In this document: positions 10,001 to 19,253 of the stretch, piece by piece | Position numbering within the stretch: position 1 is the stretch's first letter | Layout of the letters: every line of letters begins with the position of its first letter | Origin: Gemmatimonadota bacterium | Lineage (GTDB): Bacteria > Latescibacterota > UBA2968 > UBA8231 | Reading direction: 5' to 3' | Assembly: GCA_038128265.1 (NCBI GenBank) | Contig: JAYPJE010000013.1 | Span: 9,077 to 73,076 of the forward strand | DNA length: 64,000 bases | The notes under the pieces: model-generated | The model's database searches: none | What the model saw: the letters and a program-made list of their open reading frames with translations, nothing else | Told to the model about the DNA's origin: nothing | Made by a program: the position numbers and the translations under genes

Positions 10001-13000
10001 GTCGATGCCGGGACGCGCCGGGCCCGGGCGCTGGGGTTGCTGGGGCTCGGGCCGGACGAGACCGAGATCACGGGCCTCGACCGCACCCTGCTGGCCGGCC
10101 GCTTCTTCAATCGCCCCGACGAAGAAGCGTGTATCCTGTCTGAAGAGATGGCCAGTGAACTAGGCTTCGGTTTGGAGGACGTGGGGCGGGCACAGGTAGA
10201 AGTATTTGGTCGCTCTCTGCGCGTGATCGGACTAGTTGATGCCGAAAAGTTCAACGCGCTGCGCGATTTGGACGGCGAGCCGCTCACGCCGGCTGATTTT
10301 CAGATGTCGGCTTTTCAAAGCTACAACGCCGCACAGGAAGTGCGCGTTGAAGAGAGCGATGACCTGGAAGATATCAAGCCCTTTGTTCATCTCGACGCAG
10401 CGCGCGTTCTGATTGCATCGAGCGGCGTGCTGCGCGATGCGGGCGGCCGTTTGCGGTCGTTGGCGCTGCGCTTTGATGGCCGCGCTAAGCCTCAGCAGCT
10501 GGTGGAAGATTTTCTGCTGCGCATTGAAACGGCGCTCTTTGTGGGCAAGAGGAGCGGCGACGGCCGTCTCGAGACGGTTGCGTACTCTTCTTTTGGCATG
10601 ACGTCGGTCCAGGGGATGGGGGCGCTCATTATCCCTGCTATGATTGCGGCGCTCATCGTACTCAATGCCATGATGGGGGCCGTGTACGAGCGCTTTCGCG
10701 AAATCGGCATCTATTCCTCAGTCGGTCTCGCTCCCGTGCATATTTCGCTGCTCTTTATCGCCGAGGCCTGCGTATACGCCGTCCTCGGTGCGGCGCTGGG
10801 CTACCTGATGGGACAGGGGGTTGGTCGTGTGCTGCTGGCGGCCGACATGCTGTCTGGTTTGACGCTGAACTACTCTTCTACGGCGGCCATTTCCTCGGCA
10901 ATCGCCGTTATGGTAGTGGTGCTCCTGTCGACGGTGTATCCAGCGCGCCTTGCCGCGCGCGCCGCCGTGCCCGACGTGATTCGGCGCTGGGAGCCCGAGC
11001 CGCCCACCGACGATCGCTGGGGCTTTCGCTTTCCCTTTATGGTGGGGGCATCCGAAGTAAAGGGCATCAGCGGTTTTCTATATAGCTACTTTCGCTCGTT
11101 TAGCGCGGGAGCGGTGGGACATATGCACGCCGACAAGGTGCGCGTGAGCGAGATACATGGCCGTCTGTGCGTCACGTTCGATCTATGGTTGGCCCCGTTT
11201 GACTTGGGTGTGAGCCAAGAGGTCCGGCTGGAATTTGTCCAAACCGATGCCGCGCGGATGTTTGCCATGGATGTATCGCTGCAGCGTCTCAGCGGTGAGC
11301 GCTTTTACTGGCAGCGGCTCAACGGCCGCTTTCTCAACGCGCTGCGCAAACAGCTGCTGATTTGGCATGCGCTCGAAGAAGACGTGCGCCTCGAACATCG
11401 CCAGCAGGCCGAGGAACTGCTGAACGAGACCGAAGAAGTCGCCGCGCTGGAAACTGATGCGCCGTCCTTGGCCGTTGAGGAAACGCCCGCTGAAGGACGC
11501 TCTCCGTTCACTTGGAAAGGGTTGGCTGTTGGCACCGCCGGTGCGCTGGCTATCGGCATCGGCGCGCCCTATGGCGTCATGCTGCTCAAGGGGTCGTTTA
11601 TGGCCCGCAACAGCTCTTCGCCAGCGGCCATCTTTCTGTTTTTTCTCCTTGTTTTCTTTGGCAATGCGCTGTTGGGTGGCCTGCGGCGCACGCTGGCCCT
11701 GACGCGGGCTGACCTCGTGTTGGTCTATTCGATGCTGCTGATGGCGGTGGCCGTGCCTACGCAGGCTTTCGTCGGCTATCTCATTCCCGTTATCAGCGGA
11801 CTCTACTATTACGCGACGCCGGAAAACAAGTGGGCGGAGCTGTTTTTTCCCCACGTCGAACGCTGGTTGGCGCCCACTGATATGGAGGCCATCCGCCAGT
11901 TGCACGAGGGGTCGCCCGGCGGACACATACCGTGGTCGGCGTGGCTGGAGCCGCTGGGCGCGTGGTATGCGTTCTTTATCGCACTCAGCTTTTTGATGAT
12001 CTGCATGTCATCGATCTTGCATCGGCAGTGGGCGCAAAACGAGCGGCTGGCCTACCCGATGGTCGAGCTGCCGCTGCGCATGATCGAAGGGAGCGAAGGG
12101 CCCTTTCAGTGGGTGTTGCCCTTTTTCCGCCGACGCGCTCTATGGGCGGGTTTTGCCGTAGCTTTTCTGCTACCCGGCCTGTCCGGCATGCACCACTATT
12201 GGCCGGCCTGGCCCGATTGGAAGATGTCGCTGACCGGTTTGCAGCTCTTTGGCGCCAATGTGTATTTGCCTTTGGATTACGGTTTCGCCTGGATAGGATT
12301 TTTCTATTTAGTCAATCTCGATATTTCGCTCAGCATCTGGGTATTTTACGTGTTGGGCAAGGTGCAGGAGAGCGTCTTTAAGAGCTTGGGTATTGCTTCA
12401 ACAGAGCAGCTTAGCCTCTACTCCTTTTCGCAGACGGCCGATCTGACGCATCAGTCGATGGGCGCTTGCCTCGTATTTGTCCTGTATTCACTGTGGATTG
12501 GCCGCCATCATCTCGCCGCAGTGTGGCGCAAGGCGTGGAGCGGCGATAGCGATCTGGACGATAGCGGGGAACTGCTGTCGTATCGCACGGCTGTCTTCGG
12601 CTTTTTCGGTAGCTTGGCTTTTGTCGCCTACTGGCTATGGGCTTCCGGTATTCCGCTGATTGTCCTGCCTACGTTTCTCGCTACCAGCCTGCTATTCTAC
12701 GTCTTTGTAACGCGCGTGGTCGCTGCTGCTGGGGTGCCGACGGCGCGTTCGCCTATGATCGCCGCCTTTGTCGTCTTTTCCGGCATTGGTTCGTCGATCG
12801 TCGGGGCCAAGGGATTGGTCGCGATGACGTTCACCTACATATGGCAGTCGGAGATGCGTCTGTTCCCGATGATTGCCTGCGCCAATAGCCTGAAGTTGGC
12901 CGATTCGGTAAAGGGGCCCAAGGGGCGTCTGTTCTGGGGCATGGTCTTGGCCATAGTGGTCTCGCTCGTGGGAGCGACCTGGATTATCCTCGATATGTGC

Positions 13001-13426
13001 TATACGCACGGCGGCATCAACCTACATTCGTTTTTTATGCGCCATCAGGCACAGCGCACCTTTGCCGATATGGCGCGGGTGATTGTCGAGCCGCAGGGAC
13101 CGGTGTGGCGCGGGTGGCTATTTACCGGTATCGGTGGTTTTATAGAGGGACTCCTAATGTGGGGGCACCACCGCTTCTATTGGTGGCCACTGCATCCGCT
13201 GGGTTTCGTGATTAGCATTGGTTGGCTAACGGGTCAGGTGTGGTTTTCCGTCTTTGTCGCCTGGCTATCCAAGCTAACCATAACCCGCCTTGGCGGCGCG
13301 CTGTTCTACGAACGGTGCAAACCCTTTTTCCTCGGTCTAATTTTGGGCGAGGCGGTGGCCGCTGGCTTTTGGCTCGTCATCGATTACGCCGTGGACGGTT
13401 CGGGTAATCCAATCACGATTATGTAG
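7070..13426 (+). CDS. 2118-aa fusion: signal peptide, degenerate M28-peptidase/PA domain, FtsX/MacB-like permease, DUF6785/DUF6784-like polytopic membrane domain
   Basis: PA-like GRVVLMEF...LLGARAVIFI and an M28-like core. FtsX-like SNMRRRRLRTGLT and VYERFREIGIYSSVGLAP...AEA. An acidic linker near 11410-11505 precedes a ~640-aa domain homologous to the ORFs at 56608 and 59591 (YYATPENxW, ERLAYP, WPLHPLG, PFFLGLILG). Confidence 0.8.
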   Translation: MNSMRTVLLLLLSFVVWCGAEEQGIRGTIERLAAVESRVVGYPGYVETADYVESRLRASGAVEVRRDSFPVVVPVDLGASVAVLGEAPVRLWGLWPNGARTPTVPSAGLRAPMFYAGQGEWRDFNGRQVDGRVVLMEFTSAANWLNAALLGARAVIFIAPVSTSLREMEDKVADVPLDVPRFWIDQGDGEALRRRVADGEVTVELFSRMEWQRETAWNIWARFPGSDVQRREETLLVSSYYDANSLVPARAPGAEAAVGIGALLELADRLGREEVPRSVIVLASGAHFQDRQGIGAFLQRYMRRYPHYRAQQSDSLDIDLFIGLDLSSQSGELGIWDNASDFTFKRFFAPFGRRFVRYAEEADISVAAEREALANGISPIRGMDWSSYVPGGLSSEGQRVIEGGHVALTLATVFDGRQGVNSPLDLPERVQYHHAQRQSDLIGTIVLQAARDDSLLLGADALRARLEDKLRDVRFKMRAFPRRSQVPDRPISGLVTLGGVRPGDVKGVRSARYLLGDENGVATATALPIGSYLMAAYAFDDEGAIAYAPDLSERAQKFTGKATGKGFIPVGVRWETHDQTVVLFPALGRPLYGLIEPRSLRAVNAVKILDGRGVEPRQYGYAIGQRAQQVFGVLFGATSMEEEDRLKLLIGDVDQRQLLLNSSGYRDEDEARGRGFLVGDDPLGFTALQAARDMWNLDEARIRSMRRHAIENARIDRLHERVAALIDGAESARDQLDWERYVALSREALGIEARTYPEVLGVLNDVIKGMVFFLVLVVPAAFFGERLLFAASDIRRQLVGFFALLLLVWMAISSVHPAFEIAHPLVVLLAFAIMALAAFVLFMLIGRFRRYVDENRRRMAKVHDRDISRLSAAYSAFMLGISNMRRRRLRTGLTLATLVLLTFTLLSFATFDSGIRFVALNLDRPAPYEGVLLRTRGWDELGEPLAEYARSHFARGSTLTPRLWYTPDSGHDKSYIVVDAGTRRARALGLLGLGPDETEITGLDRTLLAGRFFNRPDEEACILSEEMASELGFGLEDVGRAQVEVFGRSLRVIGLVDAEKFNALRDLDGEPLTPADFQMSAFQSYNAAQEVRVEESDDLEDIKPFVHLDAARVLIASSGVLRDAGGRLRSLALRFDGRAKPQQLVEDFLLRIETALFVGKRSGDGRLETVAYSSFGMTSVQGMGALIIPAMIAALIVLNAMMGAVYERFREIGIYSSVGLAPVHISLLFIAEACVYAVLGAALGYLMGQGVGRVLLAADMLSGLTLNYSSTAAISSAIAVMVVVLLSTVYPARLAARAAVPDVIRRWEPEPPTDDRWGFRFPFMVGASEVKGISGFLYSYFRSFSAGAVGHMHADKVRVSEIHGRLCVTFDLWLAPFDLGVSQEVRLEFVQTDAARMFAMDVSLQRLSGERFYWQRLNGRFLNALRKQLLIWHALEEDVRLEHRQQAEELLNETEEVAALETDAPSLAVEETPAEGRSPFTWKGLAVGTAGALAIGIGAPYGVMLLKGSFMARNSSSPAAIFLFFLLVFFGNALLGGLRRTLALTRADLVLVYSMLLMAVAVPTQAFVGYLIPVISGLYYYATPENKWAELFFPHVERWLAPTDMEAIRQLHEGSPGGHIPWSAWLEPLGAWYAFFIALSFLMICMSSILHRQWAQNERLAYPMVELPLRMIEGSEGPFQWVLPFFRRRALWAGFAVAFLLPGLSGMHHYWPAWPDWKMSLTGLQLFGANVYLPLDYGFAWIGFFYLVNLDISLSIWVFYVLGKVQESVFKSLGIASTEQLSLYSFSQTADLTHQSMGACLVFVLYSLWIGRHHLAAVWRKAWSGDSDLDDSGELLSYRTAVFGFFGSLAFVAYWLWASGIPLIVLPTFLATSLLFYVFVTRVVAAAGVPTARSPMIAAFVVFSGIGSSIVGAKGLVAMTFTYIWQSEMRLFPMIACANSLKLADSVKGPKGRLFWGMVLAIVVSLVGATWIILDMCYTHGGINLHSFFMRHQAQRTFADMARVIVEPQGPVWRGWLFTGIGGFIEGLLMWGHHRFYWWPLHPLGFVISIGWLTGQVWFSVFVAWLSKLTITRLGGALFYERCKPFFLGLILGEAVAAGFWLVIDYAVDGSGNPITIM

Positions 13427-13434
13427 TCGGCACT

Positions 13435-15384
13435 GTGTGCATTGGGCCGAATCGCGGCTCGTGTCAAGTGTGCTTGCCCTTAAGGGGTAGGCCTCTATTT
13501 TTACGGACAAAGATACGGATTGTTGCCGTGCGCACCGTGCTGCCCGTAAGCGTTTCGACCTCGCTTGGAGATCTTGCTATTTATCGTCTTCTACTCGCCT
13601 TATTTGTGCTTGTTGGCCTCCATGCCTGCGGTGGGGTGGATCCATCTGGACCGCACTTTGTCGACGGCACGCGGGAGGCGGGCATTGCCTTCCGGCATAC
13701 CAGCGGCGCGCGCGGCGATTACTTCCTATTTGAAACCATGGGTTCAGGAGCTGCTTTTGTCGACTACGACGGCGATGGCTGGCTGGATATCTACTTGGTC
13801 GACGGGTTTGATCTGGCGCCCTGGAGAGGGGTTTTTCGCCCGTCGAATGAGGTTGCCGACGATGAGGATGGCCATTGGGTAGTCGAAGCGTATCAGGCTC
13901 CGCTGCGCTTTGATGGACTGGTCGACAGCGCAGTAGTTGCCATACGACAAGAGCCGTCGGGCGAGGTGTTGCGCAACCGCCTGCTGCGCAGTCAGGAAGC
14001 GGTCTTTGCCGACGTGAGCGCTCAGAGCGGTGCGGACGATGCAGGCTATGGTATGGGCGTGGCCGTTGGTGATTATGACGGCGATGGGCATGCCGATTTA
14101 TACGTGACGAATTACGGCGTCAATGCCCTCTATCGGAACGGCGGAAGAGGCTCCTTTATCGATGAGACGGCCAGCGCGGGCGTGGGCGATCCGCACTGGG
14201 GCAGCAGCGCTGCGTTTTTTGATGCAGACAACGACGGCGATCTCGATCTATACGTGGTGAATTACCTCGACGCGAGTCCAGCGAATAATCGCCTGTGCGG
14301 CAGTGCTGTATCGACGGCCAACAGTTCGGTGGGGCGCTCGCTGTTGGTGCCGCGCGATCGCCGCACGTATTGCAGCCCGCGTCGCTACAACGGTGCCCCC
14401 GACGTGCTCTATCGCAACGAGGGCGACGGGACGTTTACCGATATATCGCGTGACAGCGGCGTGTTTAACGTCTACGGTAAAGGCTTGGGCGTGGCGGCTG
14501 CCGATCTGGATCTGGACGGCGACGTCGACTTGTTTGTCGCCAATGATGGAATGCGCAATTTCTTCTACCGCAACGACGGTGAACGCTTTGTCGAGACGGC
14601 CTTAGAAGCGGGGTTGGCCTACAATGGCCAGGGGCAGCCCGAAGCGGGTATGGGCATAGCCGCTGCCGACTACGACTACGACGAAGACGTCGATTTGCTT
14701 GTGACCAATTTCTCGCGCGAGAGCAATACGCTCTATCGCAACGAGGGGCAGGGAAAGTTTAGCGATGGGAGCGACGTTGTCGGATTGCAGGAGAGCACGT
14801 TTCTGCCCTTGGGCTTTGGCGCGCTCTTTTTTGATGCCGATAACGATACAGACCAAGATGTCTTTATTGCCAACGGGCACGTCCTCGATCGCGTGGCACA
14901 GCAGGATGCCGATTTGCGCTACGAGCAGGCCAACCAGCTTTTCCTCTACCGAGACAGCGCGTTTGTAGATGCTTCTGCAGAGAGCGGTCCAGCCTTTGCG
15001 TTGGAATGGGTTTCGCGCGGTGCCGCATCCGGCGACTACGACAACGACGGCGATATCGACCTGTTGGTCACTAATGGAAATGGCCCCGCCGTTCTCTATC
15101 GAAACGACAGCCCTGCGCGCCACTGGCTCTCTGTTGAACTGGTCGGCGTTGGAGACAACCGCGATGCCGTCGGCGCCCGCGTGCAGCTGCGCTGTGGCCA
15201 GCAGGTGCAGACGCGTCAGCGATTAGGGGGAGGATCCTATTTGTCCGCCAGTGACCCTCGTCTGCACTTTGGCTTGGGAACCTGCGCGTCCGTAGACGAG
15301 TTGGTAATTACCTGGCCAAGCGGTCAGCGTCAAGCACTGGCCGGCGTGTCTGCAAATCAATTTCTGCGCGTCATTCAGGAGTGA
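13435..15384 (+). CDS. CRTAC1-family protein (FG-GAP/VCBS propeller plus ASPIC/UnbV domain), probable lipoprotein; start codon uncertain
   Basis: Repeated DYDxDGxxDLYVxN and LYRNxG motifs, C-terminal GGGSYLSASDPRLHFGLG...WPSG, lipobox-like LHAC. Confidence 0.85.
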   Translation: MCIGPNRGSCQVCLPLRGRPLFLRTKIRIVAVRTVLPVSVSTSLGDLAIYRLLLALFVLVGLHACGGVDPSGPHFVDGTREAGIAFRHTSGARGDYFLFETMGSGAAFVDYDGDGWLDIYLVDGFDLAPWRGVFRPSNEVADDEDGHWVVEAYQAPLRFDGLVDSAVVAIRQEPSGEVLRNRLLRSQEAVFADVSAQSGADDAGYGMGVAVGDYDGDGHADLYVTNYGVNALYRNGGRGSFIDETASAGVGDPHWGSSAAFFDADNDGDLDLYVVNYLDASPANNRLCGSAVSTANSSVGRSLLVPRDRRTYCSPRRYNGAPDVLYRNEGDGTFTDISRDSGVFNVYGKGLGVAAADLDLDGDVDLFVANDGMRNFFYRNDGERFVETALEAGLAYNGQGQPEAGMGIAAADYDYDEDVDLLVTNFSRESNTLYRNEGQGKFSDGSDVVGLQESTFLPLGFGALFFDADNDTDQDVFIANGHVLDRVAQQDADLRYEQANQLFLYRDSAFVDASAESGPAFALEWVSRGAASGDYDNDGDIDLLVTNGNGPAVLYRNDSPARHWLSVELVGVGDNRDAVGARVQLRCGQQVQTRQRLGGGSYLSASDPRLHFGLGTCASVDELVITWPSGQRQALAGVSANQFLRVIQE

Positions 15385-15388
15385 ATAC

Positions 15389-17029
15389 ATGAAGGTTGTT
15401 GCTGCGATAGGCGCGCTGGTCGCTGCGCTCAACGGACAGGTAATAGCCGAGGGGCTGTATTTTGTCGATGCGACCGGCGCTGCGGGTATTGAATTGGTCA
15501 ACACCTCGGGTTCCGACCAGCGCTATATTGTCGAGGGTATGATGGGAGGCTCGGCCTTTTTCGACTACGATAACGATGGCGATGTCGACCTCTATATAGC
15601 CAACGGCTCGTCGTTTGATGGCTTTGAAGAGGGCCAACATCCGCGCAATGCGCTCTATCGCAACGACGGCAGCGGGTTGTTTCACGACGTGACGGCATCC
15701 GCGGCTGTCGGCGACACCAGCTGGTCTATGGGCTGCGCTGTCAGCGACTACGATAACGACGGCGATGCCGACCTATACGTGAGCAATTACGGTCGCAATA
15801 CGCTCTATCAAAACGAGGGTAATGGCACCTTTGTCGATGCGACGGACGCGGCCGGCGTGGGAGATCGCCGATGGGGAACGGGCGTGGCGTTTGCCGATTA
15901 TGACCGCGATGGCGATGCGGATCTCTACGTGGCTAACTACGTAGACTTTTCGCTCGAATACGAGTCGCCGATTCCCTGCCTGTGGAAAAATGTCAGCGTG
16001 TACTGCGGTCCCGTAGGGTTGCTGCCGGCCGCCGATGTGCTCTATCGCAACGAGGGCGACGGCACCTTTGTCGACGTGACAAAGACCGCTGGCCTTTCGG
16101 CTGAAAAATTCTACGGGATGAGTGCGCTGTGGGGCGATTACGACGACGACGGTTGGCCCGACCTCTTTGTCGCCGATGATTCGACGCCAAACAAACTCTA
16201 CCACAACGAGGGCGATGGCACCTTTGTCGAGTCTGCGCTGATGGCCGGCGTCGCCTACAGCGGCGAAGGGGTAGAGCAGGGGTGCATGGGCGTGGCATGG
16301 GGCGATTATAACGACAATGGGCGCGCCGATATCTTTGTGACCAATTTTGCCGACGAGGCCAACGCGCTCTACGACAACGAAGGCGGCGGCTTTTTCACCG
16401 ACGTCGCATTTTCATCGGGTATAGGCCGTGCAGATCGCCGGCTGGTCGCTTGGGGTACGGGTTTTTTCGATGCGGATAACGACGGTGACCTCGACCTCTT
16501 TGTCGCCAATGGGCATACCTATCCGGAGGCAAATAGACCTCTGCTCAACTCGAGCTACGAGCAGCTCAACTCGCTCTTTGAAAATCGCGGCGGTCAGTTT
16601 GTCGAAGTGACGGCCGATGCCGGTCCGGGGTTATCCGTGCGCAGCGTGAGTCGCGGGGCGAGCTTTGCCGATTACGATGCGGATGGGGACGTGGATATTT
16701 TCGTCCTAAACCTCAATGCGCTGCCGACGCTGCTGCGCAACGACGGCCACGCGCAGCGTCACTACCTACAGGTGAAGCTGGTTGGCAGGGACAGCAATCG
16801 CGATGGCATCGGTGCCCGCGTCCGCGTCGAGGCTGGTGGACGCATCCGGCACGCCGAGGTGCAGAGCGGGGGCAGCTACCTGTCGCACAGCGATATGCAG
16901 CTGCACTTTGGCCTGGGCACTAGCGAGCGCGTAGATCGTCTGATTGTCGACTGGCCCAGCGGACGACGGCAGGAGATGGTTGAGATCGGGGCCGATCAGC
17001 AGCTCACGGTGTATGAGCCAATCGACTAA
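15389..17029 (+). CDS. CRTAC1-family protein (FG-GAP plus ASPIC/UnbV)
   Basis: Signal peptide, about 7 DYDNDGDxDL-type repeats, SGGSYLSHSDMQLHFGLG...WPSG. Confidence 0.9.
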   Translation: MKVVAAIGALVAALNGQVIAEGLYFVDATGAAGIELVNTSGSDQRYIVEGMMGGSAFFDYDNDGDVDLYIANGSSFDGFEEGQHPRNALYRNDGSGLFHDVTASAAVGDTSWSMGCAVSDYDNDGDADLYVSNYGRNTLYQNEGNGTFVDATDAAGVGDRRWGTGVAFADYDRDGDADLYVANYVDFSLEYESPIPCLWKNVSVYCGPVGLLPAADVLYRNEGDGTFVDVTKTAGLSAEKFYGMSALWGDYDDDGWPDLFVADDSTPNKLYHNEGDGTFVESALMAGVAYSGEGVEQGCMGVAWGDYNDNGRADIFVTNFADEANALYDNEGGGFFTDVAFSSGIGRADRRLVAWGTGFFDADNDGDLDLFVANGHTYPEANRPLLNSSYEQLNSLFENRGGQFVEVTADAGPGLSVRSVSRGASFADYDADGDVDIFVLNLNALPTLLRNDGHAQRHYLQVKLVGRDSNRDGIGARVRVEAGGRIRHAEVQSGGSYLSHSDMQLHFGLGTSERVDRLIVDWPSGRRQEMVEIGADQQLTVYEPID

Positions 17030-17042
17030 TAAGGGCCGATTT

Positions 17043-19241
17043 ATGTGCCGGAGTGTCGGAAGTGCCAGTCGGTCGGCGGTGGCGTGTGCAGTGTATCTTT
17101 TCATATGCGCTACTGCGGTTGCCGAAGAAGGTGGCCGCGAAGTGGCGAACCGGCTGCGCGCACTTGCCCACACGACTCAGGTTGAGCTGAACGGAGATCT
17201 CAACCGAATGCGGATTGACTCGCTGCGCCGAGCGATTGCGGAAGCCCCCAACTGGTCGCGTGCGGCGCGGCTGCGCTTGGAACTGGGCGATCAACTGCTG
17301 CGCGCCGGCCGCACGCGCGAGTCGATTGATGCATTTCGCTACGTGCAGCATGAGCTAGTGCGGCGCAAGAGCACGGCGCCGCTGCGGGCAACGTGGCCGC
17401 TGCACGCGTTTTTGGGTCTGGCCCACATGCGTTTGGCCGAGCAGGAAAACTGCCTGGAACTCCACAACACCGAATCGTGCCTACTGCCCATATCGCCGGC
17501 CGGCGTGCATGCGCTGCAGGAAAGCGCGCGCCAGGCGCTCTCTGAATACGGCCAGGTGTTGGCGCAGCGACCAGACGACGGCGCGGCGCGGTGGCTGCTG
17601 AATATTATCCACATGACCTTAGGTGACTATCCGCACGGAGTGCCGGCAGCGTGGCGCATTGACCCCGAAGTCTTTGCATCAGAAGGCGATATGGGTCGCT
17701 TGCGCGACGTAGCGTCGGCGCTGGGCGTCGATGCGCTGGGGCTTTCCGGTGGCAGCATCGTCGAAGATTTCGACGGCGATGGCGACCTAGATATCATGGC
17801 TTCCTCGTGGGGGTTGGACGATCCGCTGCAGCTCTTTCTCAATGGGGGCGATGGCACCTTTACCCAACGCGGTGCCGCGGCCGGCCTGAGCGAACAGCTC
17901 GGCGGCTTGAACATGGTGCACGCAGACTACGACAACAACGGTTATGCCGATGTGCTCGTCCTTAGGGGAGCGTGGTGGAACAGGGAGGGGCATCATCCCA
18001 ATTCGCTGTTGCGCAACGAAGGCGGCCGCTTTGTCGACACCACCGTAGAGACGGGCTTGCTCTCGTTCCATCCCACGCAGACGGCGGCGTGGGGCGACTA
18101 TGACAACGATGGGTTTGTCGACCTATATATTGGCAACGAGTCGAACGACTGGGAGCGGCACCCCTGCGAACTCTTCAACAATAGAGAGGGAGTCAAATTC
18201 GTCGAACGGGCGCAGAGTGAAGGGGTCGATAATGTGGGCTATGTCAAGGGCGTTGCTTGGGGCGACTACGACAACGACGGCGATATCGATCTCTTCCTTT
18301 CGCGCATGGGTCAGGTGAATGCGCTCTACCGCAACGACGGCGAGCAGGGGTTCAGCGAACGGGGTGCCGATGCTGGTGTGACCGAGCCGGTGTGGAGCTT
18401 TCCCACGTGGTTTTTCGACTACGACAACGACGGTTGGCTCGACCTATTTGTCGCCGGCTACGACAACGATGCAATTGATATCGCTGCCGTCTATTTGGGG
18501 CAGGCATCGTCGGCTTCGCGCTCTCAGCTATTTCGCAACGGCACAGATGGTCGTTTCACCGCGATCGAATCGGGTCTGGAAGGGGCGGTGTTGGTCATGG
18601 GGGCCAACTACGGCGATGTGGACAACGACGGTTTCGCCGACGTGTACTTGGGTACCGGCAATCCGGATTTGCGTTCGCTATTGCCCAATCGGATGTTTCG
18701 CAACGACGGGGGACAGCGGTTCCTAGACGTGACCAGCGCGGCGGGCATGGGCCATCTGCAAAAGGGGCACGGCATCGGCTTTGGCGATTTGGACAACGAC
18801 GGCGACCAGGATGTCTACCAGGTAATGGGCGGTGCCTACTCGGGGGATGGGTATTACAATGTGCTCTACGCCAACCCCGGTCATGACAACCGCTGGATAA
18901 CGCTTAAGCTAGAGGGCGTATCGTCGAGCCGGGACGCAATCGGAGCGCGGATTCAGGTGCGCGTGCGCGAGCATGACGGCGAGCGCGATATATGGGTGGT
19001 TGCCGGAAGTGGGGGGAGTTTCGGCGGATCCAGTCTGCAGCAGGAAGTCGGTCTGGGAAGGGCCGATGCAATTGATTTTGTCGACGTGCGCTGGCCGGCA
19101 ACCGGTATCGTAGAGCGCTTTGACGGTGTTGCGATGGATGAGGCGTGGCTGCTGCGCGAAGGAGCGGGAAGGGCGGTGCCTATAAAACGGTCGGTGTTCG
19201 ACCTGATGCAGGCGGCAGAGCAGGGCAATGGACATCACTGA
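17043..19241 (+). CDS. CRTAC1-family protein with N-terminal TPR-like helical region
   Basis: ENCLELHNTESCLLPI and ARWLLNI helical region, FG-GAP repeats, HLQKGHG, SGGSFGGSSLQQEVGLG. Start moved to ATG 17043, just after the upstream stop. Confidence 0.85.
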   Translation: MCRSVGSASRSAVACAVYLFICATAVAEEGGREVANRLRALAHTTQVELNGDLNRMRIDSLRRAIAEAPNWSRAARLRLELGDQLLRAGRTRESIDAFRYVQHELVRRKSTAPLRATWPLHAFLGLAHMRLAEQENCLELHNTESCLLPISPAGVHALQESARQALSEYGQVLAQRPDDGAARWLLNIIHMTLGDYPHGVPAAWRIDPEVFASEGDMGRLRDVASALGVDALGLSGGSIVEDFDGDGDLDIMASSWGLDDPLQLFLNGGDGTFTQRGAAAGLSEQLGGLNMVHADYDNNGYADVLVLRGAWWNREGHHPNSLLRNEGGRFVDTTVETGLLSFHPTQTAAWGDYDNDGFVDLYIGNESNDWERHPCELFNNREGVKFVERAQSEGVDNVGYVKGVAWGDYDNDGDIDLFLSRMGQVNALYRNDGEQGFSERGADAGVTEPVWSFPTWFFDYDNDGWLDLFVAGYDNDAIDIAAVYLGQASSASRSQLFRNGTDGRFTAIESGLEGAVLVMGANYGDVDNDGFADVYLGTGNPDLRSLLPNRMFRNDGGQRFLDVTSAAGMGHLQKGHGIGFGDLDNDGDQDVYQVMGGAYSGDGYYNVLYANPGHDNRWITLKLEGVSSSRDAIGARIQVRVREHDGERDIWVVAGSGGSFGGSSLQQEVGLGRADAIDFVDVRWPATGIVERFDGVAMDEAWLLREGAGRAVPIKRSVFDLMQAAEQGNGHH

Positions 19242-19253
19242 AGAGTCGGCGTT

